A stretch of DNA of 29,995 bases from an uncultured bacterium (GCA_963784355.1 CAWAQU010000011.1:1-29995); one strand, 5' to 3'; positions 16,697 to 26,477 are shown, numbered from the stretch's first letter. The notes: generated by a model not told the origin, from the letters alone. Translations and numbers: made by a program.

Positions 16697-17683
16697 ATGG
16701 AAATAAAAAATAATTTACAAAAGTTTAATCTGTATAAAAAAAACCGTAAAAGCTTAAGTTTCATACCTCAAATTTTTTCTGCCATGGTAGTGCTATTTAT
16801 AATCACTTTCAGCATTTGGTATTTTAAATCTGGGCATAATAGTTTCGTTGAAGATAATAGTGCTGAAGTTGGTACTCCTAAAGATTTGGTAAAAGATGAT
16901 TTAGATATTGCTGTAAACGATCTACAGAATCCGGGTAAGACAAAAAAAGTTGATAACTCAGGTAAAATCCATATAGTGGATAAAAATAATCAAGAGTGTT
17001 TTCTAGCTTATAATGCGGTAAAACCTGAAAAAATTGAGAGAATAATTCAGAAAGATGTAGAGGGCTGGTGGTCTAGTGAAAATTGTTTTGATAAAAATTT
17101 AATTGCCCTACAAATTGTGAGGCTAAATACTCAAGAGATACAAGATTTAAGTAATTTGAGCACATCACTGAAATCAGAAAATCTTCAACTACTTGATCAG
17201 GAAAATAACACTTTTGCCATTGTATATACTGACCAATCCATCGCTACTATTTATAATTTCCAAAAATATTTGAAACCTCTTGTAGAGCCAGTCTTTAAAG
17301 ATAAAGAGTATATCGGCCAGCAAAATATTTATGACAGTAAATACGTATCTGATTATACCTATTATTTAGAAGGAAATTGCCAAAAAACTAATCAAAACAA
17401 TTTTTGTAATTTATGGCGAAGTAATAATTATACTAATGAAACTGAACTTTTAAAACAAAATATTTTTTCACTTGAAAAGTTGGATGTGGAATTAAAAGAA
17501 AACTATATTATTAAGTTTGCCAAGACTCAAGATTTTCCAGGTGGGGTTAATTTAATCCTTTATAATCCTAAGGAATCCTACCCGGGAATCAAGCTTTTTA
17601 ATCTGGATCTTGTAAGTTTAAATATTGTACAGTTTTTACCATATTATCCAAGTACGCAGGAATATGATACCTATTATAGATGA
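16697..17683 (+). CDS. membrane-anchored hypothetical protein
   Basis: Single N-terminal TM helix followed by an extracytoplasmic domain with four Cys. Confidence 0.75.
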   Translation: MEIKNNLQKFNLYKKNRKSLSFIPQIFSAMVVLFIITFSIWYFKSGHNSFVEDNSAEVGTPKDLVKDDLDIAVNDLQNPGKTKKVDNSGKIHIVDKNNQECFLAYNAVKPEKIERIIQKDVEGWWSSENCFDKNLIALQIVRLNTQEIQDLSNLSTSLKSENLQLLDQENNTFAIVYTDQSIATIYNFQKYLKPLVEPVFKDKEYIGQQNIYDSKYVSDYTYYLEGNCQKTNQNNFCNLWRSNNYTNETELLKQNIFSLEKLDVELKENYIIKFAKTQDFPGGVNLILYNPKESYPGIKLFNLDLVSLNIVQFLPYYPSTQEYDTYYR

Positions 17684-17740
17684 TTTGACAAACCGCCGAA
17701 AAGCATTAATATTTCCTTAAATCTTAAATTGCGAGAGCCT

Positions 17741-18094
17741 ATGAACAAAGTAATGGTTTATGATAGAGTCAAAAAAAATAAAAAGAAAGATAGAGAGCTT
17801 ATTCTTACCGTGTCCTTGTTTTTACTTAGTAAAGAAGAGTTGAGAAAGCAGTTTTGGAACGTAAAGTCCGTTAGCTACGATAAGCTTAATCAAAAAGTAA
17901 ATATAGGTGTAAGTACAACCAATGGTAAATACGGTACAACTTTGGCTAAACTTAGAAAAATTGCCAAGGAATTATCAAATCACCTTTATGAACAAGGTCT
18001 TACTTTCAGACAAGCTAAAATAAACTTCTTTATTGATAAAGAAGAAGAGCAAATTGAAAGGATTTATCAACTCTTAGACAAAATTTCCAATTAA
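17741..18094 (+). CDS. rbfA: probable divergent ribosome-binding factor A (KH-II fold)
   Basis: Length and pattern follow RbfA (basic N-helix, FWNVKSVSYDK, KVNIGVS, TLAKLRKIAKELSNHL, FRQAKINFFID); identity looks low; ATG at 17741 preferred. Confidence 0.6.
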   Translation: MNKVMVYDRVKKNKKKDRELILTVSLFLLSKEELRKQFWNVKSVSYDKLNQKVNIGVSTTNGKYGTTLAKLRKIAKELSNHLYEQGLTFRQAKINFFIDKEEEQIERIYQLLDKISN

Positions 18095-18099
18095 ATTCT

Positions 18100-19065
18100 A
18101 TGAATATCTTTCAGTGGCTATACAGGACCTTTGTATATGATCCGCAATTAAATCTGTTGCATTTTTTCTACAACCTTACCGGGGATACTGGTGTGGCTAT
18201 TGTTTTGATAGCTATTGTCGTGAATTTAATTCTCTGGCCTTTCTTTGCGGCTTCATATATCAACAGCCAAAAAATGAGGTTGTTGCAACCTAAATTGAAA
18301 GAAATTCAGGAAAAGTATAAGGGGAACCAACAAGAGATACTCAGGCATACAATGGAGTTTAACAAAAAGCACAAACTCAATAGTAGTAGTATTTTTTTGA
18401 CTTTGTTTGCCCAGCTATTCTTTGCATCTGGTGTATATTTTGTAATTACCGATGCTACAGCCGGCAAGAATTTAACCGACCATTTATATCCGTTTATTGC
18501 AAATTTACCAAAACAAAATTTTGATTCTTTAGCATTCGGTTTTATTAACATTAAGGGCTCCGGTTGGCAATACATTTGGTTACCTTTACTTAACTCCATA
18601 ATTTCATTTTTATATGGAATGTACAGTTTTAAGTGGGCTCCTCAAGTAAAATTGCCTGTAAAAGAGAAGAAAGCAGAAAAAAAGAAAAATCCTGATGACG
18701 CGCCTGCTTTTGACCCTGAGGCAATCCAAAAGAGTGTAGAATTTAATACAGTTTATGCTCTACCTTTTATTTTATTTATATTTAACTTTAATTTTCCTGC
18801 AGGTCTAAATATATATTTTACAGTAGTTAGTATAATGTCGCTTATAAGGCAGATATTCCTCACAAATTACTACGCCAGCCATACAGAAAAACTTTTACAG
18901 GATATTGCAAGCTCTGATCCACAAAGTAAAGACAACAACCCCTCAAACAATCTAGAACTTACAGCTGACCCTGCCTTATTAGCAGAAGCGGCAGTACCTG
19001 TAGAGTTTGTTAAAAAAGAAACTAAAAATCAGAACCAAACTAAAAAAACAGGAAAAAAGAAATAA
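18100..19065 (+). CDS. yidC: membrane protein insertase YidC/Oxa1
   Basis: GVAIVLIAIVVNLILWP, KMRLLQPKLKEIQEKYK, FPAGLNIYFTV..IMSLIRQ. Confidence 0.92.
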   Translation: MNIFQWLYRTFVYDPQLNLLHFFYNLTGDTGVAIVLIAIVVNLILWPFFAASYINSQKMRLLQPKLKEIQEKYKGNQQEILRHTMEFNKKHKLNSSSIFLTLFAQLFFASGVYFVITDATAGKNLTDHLYPFIANLPKQNFDSLAFGFINIKGSGWQYIWLPLLNSIISFLYGMYSFKWAPQVKLPVKEKKAEKKKNPDDAPAFDPEAIQKSVEFNTVYALPFILFIFNFNFPAGLNIYFTVVSIMSLIRQIFLTNYYASHTEKLLQDIASSDPQSKDNNPSNNLELTADPALLAEAAVPVEFVKKETKNQNQTKKTGKKK

Positions 19066-19073
19066 GTCTCTAA

Positions 19074-21212
19074 ATGTTGATACTTTTTTTGGATACGGAG
19101 ACTACAGGGGTCAATTTTTTGGAAGATCAGATCATTGAAATTGGAGGAGTAGTTATAGATTTTGATATAGATAGCTTAAATTGTAGAAAAGTCTCTGAGT
19201 TTGAAAATTTAGTAGCTCTAAGACAAAATTTGGAGGAGAAAATCACTAGGATTACAGGTATAACTCAAGAAGAGCTGAAAACCGCTGATAAACTTTTCAC
19301 TGCACAAGAAAAATGGACAGCCTGGCTCGAACCTTATATTGAGGATATAAAAATTGTTGTAGGGCATTCAATTGATTTTGATTTAAGATTTTTGAATAAA
19401 GAAAAATGGGCTTTACCTGAAAATTATAAGCTAGTAGACACCCTTGACTTAGCCAAAATCTTTTTACCTCACATGCAGGCTGTAAATCTAGAATACCTTG
19501 AGGAGAAGTTAGAGCTAAAAATTATAGATGATTCAGTGCAAACCAATTTGCGTTCTCATAGAGCTTTATTTGATACAAAAATTTGTTACTTACTGTTTTG
19601 CAATATAGTAAGCAGATTAAAAAACCTTCCACTTTCGACTCAGTTTTTTAATGTTATAGTTAAATATTTCTTGCCAATTGACGGACTGGTATTTTATCCT
19701 GACCTCAAAAATTTAAAGGGTAATACTACTGATTTTGCAAAATTAAATACTAAAATACAAAAGATTAATTTTAAAGGGCAGGTTATAGAAAAAAGTTTGG
19801 TAGAGAAAGCAAATTTACTAAACGAATTTGAATATGTAGAAAAGCTAAACACTTTAATCTCTACGGATTTACCACGGAATTTGGCTCTGATACTATTGCA
19901 ATTATATATTATAAATATTCTAAAAATTCAAAATCCCAATTGGATGCTGAGGCTACATGGGCAAAAAGGGCTTGGTTTTTCTTTTGCCGGTGCTATATTT
20001 GATTATCTGTTAGAAGAAAATGAAACCAGCACTTCTACTTCGGATTCAAGTGGCTCTGCTTTGCTAGAGTGTTTTGAAAATATAATTTGGCAAATAAAAA
20101 ATCTTGCAGAAAAAACCTTTGATTTGGGGCGTTTTGCAATTTATTTGGAAATTTACTCAAATCTAAAATCCCAAACCCAAAATTCAAACTCAAGTACTGA
20201 AACAATTTTAATAGACAAATGGCTTGCTAGCTATGATTTTTTAATGTTGAGTCTCGAGGCTTTCTGGAATCATCAGGAGTTTAGTTTTGCTAAAATAGAT
20301 CAAAATCACAAAAACCGAGTTGTTTGGAAAAAGTTTCACAGCTTGCTGGAAATAACTGATGAATTGAGGAAAGCTAGTTTTAAAGAAAATGATGCAGTTG
20401 CCAAAATAATAGTTGGAAAAATTTTGAATTGCCTTAAAAAATGTTTTTTAATTAACTATGAGGATTATACTTTTAAAAATAATAATGGCTCACTTTGTGT
20501 AAGTAAAGATAAAGAAAACTTTGATCTTGGTTTGCAGTTCGAAACTTTGCTCAAAACACACTCAAACCTTGAAATTACTAGCTTTTTACCATCTAGTGAG
20601 TTTGAAAAGATGTTAGTTGATTTGAGATTATACGAAGTCTATGATAAGTTTAAACCTACAGTAAATTGTCTATATAACGAAAATTTGCCCAGCATTAATT
20701 ATATCACTGTAGCAGAAAATAGGAAAGTATTACAGGTTGTAGATCAGTCGGGTCCATCTGAAAATATAGATATGAGAGAAATAATGCAGACTGATGTAGA
20801 TGAGGCTAAAATTAATAATAAAATAATATTTTACTTTACAGGGCAAAATTCTACACAAAAAGACATGCAAAAGGTTTTGATAGAAGATTTTAAATCTGAG
20901 GACTATTTAATTCTAGGTGAAAGCGGTAGTCTAACAAAAATAGCTTCAAAAATATTAAAAGGTTTTTCAGGGGTGGTAGTCGTAAAGGCTGGAGATGCAG
21001 GCTTTTTACTTAAGAATGAAGAGATAACTAATAGATTGATAAAAAGTAGAATAGTAAATCAGCCTTATTTTTGGATTCACAAGTATTGGAAAGCTAATTA
21101 TGGTGAGAGCGTCAGTATGGAATTGAAGAGATGGTATCTTTTGAGTCAAATAAGTCAATTTCAATACTATAGTAAAAAACCTGTGGAGTTTATTAAAAGT
21201 TATCAACTTTAG
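19074..21212 (+). CDS. DEDDh (DnaQ-like) exonuclease fused to a degenerate DinG-like region
   Basis: Exo I FLDTETTG, Exo II GHSIDFD, Exo III HRALFD; the C-terminus loosely follows the DinG helicase C-domain, but no Walker A or DEAH is visible. Confidence 0.8.
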   Translation: MLILFLDTETTGVNFLEDQIIEIGGVVIDFDIDSLNCRKVSEFENLVALRQNLEEKITRITGITQEELKTADKLFTAQEKWTAWLEPYIEDIKIVVGHSIDFDLRFLNKEKWALPENYKLVDTLDLAKIFLPHMQAVNLEYLEEKLELKIIDDSVQTNLRSHRALFDTKICYLLFCNIVSRLKNLPLSTQFFNVIVKYFLPIDGLVFYPDLKNLKGNTTDFAKLNTKIQKINFKGQVIEKSLVEKANLLNEFEYVEKLNTLISTDLPRNLALILLQLYIINILKIQNPNWMLRLHGQKGLGFSFAGAIFDYLLEENETSTSTSDSSGSALLECFENIIWQIKNLAEKTFDLGRFAIYLEIYSNLKSQTQNSNSSTETILIDKWLASYDFLMLSLEAFWNHQEFSFAKIDQNHKNRVVWKKFHSLLEITDELRKASFKENDAVAKIIVGKILNCLKKCFLINYEDYTFKNNNGSLCVSKDKENFDLGLQFETLLKTHSNLEITSFLPSSEFEKMLVDLRLYEVYDKFKPTVNCLYNENLPSINYITVAENRKVLQVVDQSGPSENIDMREIMQTDVDEAKINNKIIFYFTGQNSTQKDMQKVLIEDFKSEDYLILGESGSLTKIASKILKGFSGVVVVKAGDAGFLLKNEEITNRLIKSRIVNQPYFWIHKYWKANYGESVSMELKRWYLLSQISQFQYYSKKPVEFIKSYQL

Positions 21213-21218
21213 TTTATA

Positions 21219-21401
21219 TTATTGACTATTTAATATTTTGCGAAATTCTTCCTGCAGCTTTTCTATTTGACTTTTTGACAATTCTGGAGATAGATTGTAC
21301 ATTAGTTCAAATTGTTTTAGCCAATCCTCTAAATTATTGAACGCCATTTTAGAATTTTGATAATTCTGTGTATTCGATTTCGCTTGTGGATTTGGCGACA
21401 T
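21219..21401 (-). CDS. small hypothetical protein (60 aa)
   Basis: ATG ORF downstream of a minus-strand TTGACA-17-TAAGTT promoter (21474-21446). Confidence 0.5.
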   Translation of the reverse strand: MSPNPQAKSNTQNYQNSKMAFNNLEDWLKQFELMYNLSPELSKSQIEKLQEEFRKILNSQ

Positions 21402-21543
21402 AAATGGTTTATTAATAAATTTGTGTAAGAAATCTCGTTGCTGCGAACTTAAAAAATTTTTTTTAACTTGTCAACTAAGATACATTTAAGTATCATTCTA
21501 CCTACATTCTTAAGTCAATTAATTATAGCATAACTTAAAACTT

Positions 21544-22743
21544 ATGGCAATACTCAGAAATATTCAAGTAGCCAACAAATACAACGTGACTCCGGCCACA
21601 GTAGGAAATTGGATAGAACAGGCAAAAAATAGAAGGATCAATTTGGAGCTTTCTGGTATTAACGGTAAATTTTATATTGAAGATACAGAAAATAACCATA
21701 AAGAGCTTGCTAGGTTAAAAGAGCAGGGTGCTAAATTTAGAGCAAAATCAGCTGGTGCTCCTATCCAGATTACTCCTGATCCTAGATTGTATGAGGTATT
21801 TACTGAAGATCAGTTAATTGGGTTATTTTATAATATATCAAATTATAACACGATACCGGTAAAATATAGTTACTCAGGCAAAGGAGCTGATTACTATAAT
21901 ACAGGGATTCAGGAGCTCTTATCTGACAAAAATAGTAGTGAATATGATACAGTTCAGCTTGTCAATGCTAATTTTAAACAAATTGCGGAAAAATTTAGTG
22001 GTAAATTAAAAGCTAATCTCTTCGAAATTGGCCATGATTGTGCAACTTATGCAGTTAAAGGTGCAGTTGATACATTGCGACAACAGGAGGTATTAAATAA
22101 TTACTTCTCCTTAAGTATTAGTAAGCAAATGAACAGGATTAGACAGGCAAATTTATCCAAATGGTTCAATTTGGAGTTGAAAGCTTTTGATATTGATTTA
22201 GAGGAAGAATTAGCAAGAAAAGTACTATTTAATCAAAAAATAGATAGTGATGTAGTAAATATCTGCCTATTATTATTTTCAACAATAACAAATGTAAAAA
22301 ATCTTCCCAGATTATTATCAAATTTATATGACAGTATAGATTCTAATGATTATGTCCTTGTAAGTACTGCTTTAACTGACGAAACTAAGAAAGATAAAAT
22401 ATCTAAATACGCACCTTTAAGTTTTATACAAAGGTTTCAATGGCTTACCGATTATCTGGGGATATCAGATTATATCAATATGAATAATTTCAACTATGAT
22501 AGTGAACAAAGGATGAGAAGTAGGTATTTCGTTGTTAATCAAGATTTAGAAATAAATTTTAACATTGGAGGAGAGCAACATATGCTTAAACTACATAGAG
22601 ATCATAAAATAACGTATTTCTATAGTTATAGATATACCTTAATTGAGCTAATAGATCTTTTCAGAAAATCAGGATTTATTGTTGACCAGTACAATTCTTC
22701 ACAAAAAGAGGATCTTGGTTTATTCTATTTGCGAAAAAAGTAG
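21544..22743 (+). CDS. HTH + EgtD/Methyltransf_33-like (histidine N-alpha-methyltransferase-like) protein
   Basis: N-terminal HTH (VANKYNVTPATVGNWIE); IPVKYSYSGKGADYY resembles the EgtD P.KYFY...G motif; LFSTITN, YSYRYT; SAM motif degenerate (EIGHD). Confidence 0.7.
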   Translation: MAILRNIQVANKYNVTPATVGNWIEQAKNRRINLELSGINGKFYIEDTENNHKELARLKEQGAKFRAKSAGAPIQITPDPRLYEVFTEDQLIGLFYNISNYNTIPVKYSYSGKGADYYNTGIQELLSDKNSSEYDTVQLVNANFKQIAEKFSGKLKANLFEIGHDCATYAVKGAVDTLRQQEVLNNYFSLSISKQMNRIRQANLSKWFNLELKAFDIDLEEELARKVLFNQKIDSDVVNICLLLFSTITNVKNLPRLLSNLYDSIDSNDYVLVSTALTDETKKDKISKYAPLSFIQRFQWLTDYLGISDYINMNNFNYDSEQRMRSRYFVVNQDLEINFNIGGEQHMLKLHRDHKITYFYSYRYTLIELIDLFRKSGFIVDQYNSSQKEDLGLFYLRKK

Positions 22744-22745
22744 AT

Positions 22746-23174
22746 TTATTCAATGCGGTCACAAGCAAAATTAACCACCCCAAACATTTTTTGTTTATCA
22801 AAATTGAATACTACATTTCCAAAAACTTCTTGAGAAAGAACTTCGATTTTATGCCTGTTTTCTTCGAATCCCTGACCGCTATATTCAACAGGAGCATGGT
22901 GTATGTATCCTCCGGCAACTGAATTGCAAAAATTTATATAATCTTTGGTGTGTAAAATATGTGCATGCCAAATAAAATCTACAATTCTTGTAGGTATTGA
23001 TAAAAATTCACCGGTTAAAAGTGTAAGATAAATATAATTTTTATACTCTACTTCGGCTTTTCTAATATCACTTTCAGATAATTCGGGATTTTCTAGCACT
23101 ACATAATTTACAATTTTTTCTAAATCCCAGCTTAAAATTTTTTCTAAAAGTTGATTGTTTTTCTTGATAGTCAT
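22746..23174 (-). CDS. glycine-rich-domain/DUF1399-like protein
   Basis: EYKNYIYL...P..IVDFIWHAHILHTKDYINFC...GYIHHAP signature; promoter TTGACA-18-TAAAAT at 23264-23235 (minus). Confidence 0.8.
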   Translation of the reverse strand: MTIKKNNQLLEKILSWDLEKIVNYVVLENPELSESDIRKAEVEYKNYIYLTLLTGEFLSIPTRIVDFIWHAHILHTKDYINFCNSVAGGYIHHAPVEYSGQGFEENRHKIEVLSQEVFGNVVFNFDKQKMFGVVNFACDRIE

Positions 23175-23301
23175 AATTATTTAATAAATTGATACTTATA
23201 AAATGCGAAGTCAGATGATGTTCGGTTAGGCCACATTTTAGGCAGATTTTTTGGATATTGTCAAATTTATATTAATTCGCTATACTAAATCAAAACTATT
23301 A

Positions 23302-24579
23302 ATGACTAAAAAAGAAATATTTTGGAAAAAGATAAAATTTTTTTATAATATCTTAAATAAAAAACAACGCTGGTATACCGGCCTTGCTATTAAAAAAATG
23401 CTGAGGCAAAAAGTGTTTAGCTTATTAGATGGTTTTAATAATCCTGCTATTACAGCCGGTAGGTGGTCGGCGTATTGTCATTATTCACAGATTTTGGCAT
23501 TTAATAACCTGATTTATAAATTTAATCTAAAGGAAAATGCAGTGATTTTAGTGCATCCTTTACTACCGGCACCGCTTGTAGACCAGCTTTTGGCTTTCAA
23601 ATTTAAGATAGTCTCAGTGGATTTAGATAAGTCCAGTCTAGCTTTTGATGGTAAAAAACTGGCTGAATATATCAGACAACTAAGAGTAAGAAACGAGCAA
23701 CCGGAACTTATTATACATTATGGTTTTAATGGGATTTATGAACCGATTGTAGAGCTTGCCGAGGAGGCCTATAGATACACTATTCCTTCGATGGCTGTAA
23801 TAGATAATCCTAATGTTAATTTAGCACTCTTAGAGGTATTTAATAAATTACCTTTGGGTGGTGTGGTATGGAATTTTGGTGATAGCTTTTTTGACGAACA
23901 CCTCAACAAAATTACTAATTCAAATCTGCAATCAAAAGATTGGTATGTATCCTGGTATCTCGAAACTCGCACTAAATCTATTTTAGAATACCATTTGAGT
24001 AAAAGTCATACAATTTATCAAACTTTGATTGAGGCTGTTTTTTTAATTACCCTGGAAGATTATAAAAAATATGATTGGAAGGCAGGCGTATATATATTTT
24101 TGGCGCAGCGTTATTTTTTTGAAAGTAAGCTTAAATCCAAGAAAGAAGCTCAAGAATGGATAAAAAATAATTACACCGAAATTTTTAATGCGGCAGTACC
24201 TGATGTGGTATTTGATTTACAGCTATATTTCCCTGAAGAGTACAATGCAGACTATTTAAAACAGCTTAATAATGCAGTACATTTGAGAGAGCAGTCCAAA
24301 AAACTATATAACTTCTTTTTAGAAAAGCTACCTTACAGGCCACAGGGAAGTCTGGAAATCCCTGATTTTTATTTGGATAGAACTTATCTGAAGTATTTTG
24401 TGTTTACTACGGATTTTAAATATTGGAATGAGGCTATTGATATGATGGACTGTAAATTAGAAAATTCATTGGAAATCCATCCCAATTTTTGGCGGAAGCC
24501 AGGTCTTACACAGGCTAATTTCATTACTAAATTTTTAATTGACGTAGATTTATGCAACAACAGCTTAAAAATAAACTAA
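23302..24579 (+). CDS. degenerate DegT/DnrJ/EryC1/StrS aminotransferase-like protein
   Basis: AVILVHP...KIVSVDLDKSSLAFD..KL...ELIIHYGFNG...ELAEEA...VID follows the DegT N-terminal pattern; no SF..xK PLP-lysine motif; ATG at 23302 preferred. Confidence 0.6.
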   Translation: MTKKEIFWKKIKFFYNILNKKQRWYTGLAIKKMLRQKVFSLLDGFNNPAITAGRWSAYCHYSQILAFNNLIYKFNLKENAVILVHPLLPAPLVDQLLAFKFKIVSVDLDKSSLAFDGKKLAEYIRQLRVRNEQPELIIHYGFNGIYEPIVELAEEAYRYTIPSMAVIDNPNVNLALLEVFNKLPLGGVVWNFGDSFFDEHLNKITNSNLQSKDWYVSWYLETRTKSILEYHLSKSHTIYQTLIEAVFLITLEDYKKYDWKAGVYIFLAQRYFFESKLKSKKEAQEWIKNNYTEIFNAAVPDVVFDLQLYFPEEYNADYLKQLNNAVHLREQSKKLYNFFLEKLPYRPQGSLEIPDFYLDRTYLKYFVFTTDFKYWNEAIDMMDCKLENSLEIHPNFWRKPGLTQANFITKFLIDVDLCNNSLKIN

Positions 24580-25058
24580 TCCTGGGGCTCGTATTATTAG
24601 TTTTTGGGGCATTTTTAGTAATTAGTGTTAAGATATACCAAAATTATATTACTAGGCCTACAAATTGCAGTGGCAGAGATTTTTATAGAGGTCTTTCTAA
24701 AGTTGAAATTGCTGATACTGAAGCTGAGCGGGAAAAAGGACTTATGAATCGTAAAGAGCTTTGTGCTTCATTTGGGATGTTGTTTGTTTATGAGCAAGAT
24801 CAAATGTTGTCTTTTTGGATGAAAAATACTTATGTGTCTCTAGATATGATATTTATGGATAATCTAGGGGTGATAAATACAGTGCATAAAAATACTCTGC
24901 CACTACAAACCTTGCAAATATATAGTTCAGCGAAGCCAAGTACATATGTATTAGAAGTAGTGGCCGGATTTGCTGATAAGCATAATTATCAGGTTGGCAA
25001 TAAACTGGATATTCAAAAAATGAGGAATATGGGAGTGGAGTTTGATGAGAGTTATTAG
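24552..25058 (+). CDS. DUF192 family protein, membrane anchored
   Basis: VEIADTEAEREKGLMNR...GMLFVY...FWMKNT.VSLDMIF...YVLEV.AG. Confidence 0.92.
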   Translation: MQQQLKNKLILGLVLLVFGAFLVISVKIYQNYITRPTNCSGRDFYRGLSKVEIADTEAEREKGLMNRKELCASFGMLFVYEQDQMLSFWMKNTYVSLDMIFMDNLGVINTVHKNTLPLQTLQIYSSAKPSTYVLEVVAGFADKHNYQVGNKLDIQKMRNMGVEFDESY

Positions 25059-25143
25059 TAAAATTTGTACATTTGATTGAAGGCTAGTTGCCTAATTTTG
25101 TCTGTACTATGGTATTATTTAAAAGTAAGGGTTGTACTATTTA

Positions 25144-25893
25144 TTAATCAACTTTCAATATTTCCCTAGCATTTTCCAAGTCATCAATATTGCTTATTTG
25201 GAGCCACATGTCTGTGCTTGAGATTACTTTTATACCATATTTTTCTTCGTACGGGTTGAATAAATTTGTGGTGATGTAGTGTTCTTGTGTTTGGGAATCA
25301 TTCAAGCCTTTTGAAATTAGGCCTGTAACTTTGTTAGGAAAATAGTAAATCCCGCTGTTTGCAAGGGTGGAAACAAATTCTTGAGACTTTTCCCATACTT
25401 TAACCAAATCATTATTTTTAGTTATTTCATACACACCCAAACTTTTCAATTTTTCTCTATCTTCTATGATTTTAGCTGAAACTAAGGCTTTTTCCTCATC
25501 TTCTATAATTGATTCATAAAATTTGTTGTAAATTTCCGGTCCGTGAATATCATCGCTGTTTGTGATAAAATAGTTTCCATGTAAATTTTCCTTTGAAGAA
25601 TAAAATATAGCAGTTCGAAGAGCGTCTAAGGTTCCACCCTTAGGATTTTTTTGCCATACAAATTCAACATTCTTTCCTTGAAATTTATCTCCAATTTGGT
25701 CTATAATTTGCTGTCCTAAATAAGAAATAACTATTATAAATTTATCTGTAAATGGAACTAATTTTTCCAAATTCCACTCAAGTAAAGTCTTATTTTGAAC
25801 TTCAAGGAGAGGTTTTGGTGTAATATCAGTTAGGGGAGCCAATCTTGACCCTCTGCCTGCAGCAAAAATGATAGAAATAATAGGGGGTGTCAT
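25144..25893 (-). CDS. sugar-phosphate nucleotidyltransferase (NTP_transferase family)
   Basis: IFAAGRGSRLAPLTDITPKPLLEV, Q.NPKGGT, NSDD, EK, ANSGIY. Confidence 0.9.
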   Translation of the reverse strand: MTPPIISIIFAAGRGSRLAPLTDITPKPLLEVQNKTLLEWNLEKLVPFTDKFIIVISYLGQQIIDQIGDKFQGKNVEFVWQKNPKGGTLDALRTAIFYSSKENLHGNYFITNSDDIHGPEIYNKFYESIIEDEEKALVSAKIIEDREKLKSLGVYEITKNNDLVKVWEKSQEFVSTLANSGIYYFPNKVTGLISKGLNDSQTQEHYITTNLFNPYEEKYGIKVISSTDMWLQISNIDDLENAREILKVD

Positions 25894-26474
25894 ATAAACA
25901 AAATTTGTTTGTCTTGATCTCTTTTAGTATATTTAACGAGATTTAGCTGTATCAGCTGGTTTTCTTCATTGATACCCCATACTTCAAGTTCGCCGTCAAC
26001 TAAGGTTTTAATTTTGCCTGTATGGGTTAGATTACTCAATTTACAAATATTATCTTGAGTGCTACAAAATACCAAGTTCCAAGCTCCGCTATAGTTTTGC
26101 GGTTCAAGTATTACAGCTTCTTTAACGTACCCAAGGCTAGCTAAAAAATTTCTATAATCAATCCTATTAGCATAATTTGAATACTGGGTTTGTTTTGACC
26201 TAATTTTTAGTCCTGATGCTGATACGCCTATTGATGAGCTTCTATCAATTTCTTCCCAATCGTACCATCTAGTAGTTTTGCTATCAAACAATATTTCTGT
26301 TACCGGGATAGTTAAAATAGTGAATTGCTGCTCCCAAAAAAAGTAGTTTTTTCTAGTGTATTCCTGTGAGCTAAAAGCAAAAAAGCCATAGGCAATACCA
26401 ACATACACCGTGACTACTGACACAATTATTTTTAAGGTCCACGTCCAAAGATTTGGTGTTTTATATGAGGTCAT
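25890..26474 (-). CDS. membrane-anchored hypothetical protein
   Basis: N-terminal TM helix; 4-bp overlap with the downstream nucleotidyltransferase suggests translational coupling. Confidence 0.7.
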   Translation of the reverse strand: MTSYKTPNLWTWTLKIIVSVVTVYVGIAYGFFAFSSQEYTRKNYFFWEQQFTILTIPVTEILFDSKTTRWYDWEEIDRSSSIGVSASGLKIRSKQTQYSNYANRIDYRNFLASLGYVKEAVILEPQNYSGAWNLVFCSTQDNICKLSNLTHTGKIKTLVDGELEVWGINEENQLIQLNLVKYTKRDQDKQILFI

Positions 26475-26477
26475 GTA

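Noticed and set aside
23190-23245. c-di-GMP or fluoride riboswitch upstream of the DUF1399-like gene
   Set aside because: Consensus elements of those riboswitches are not present
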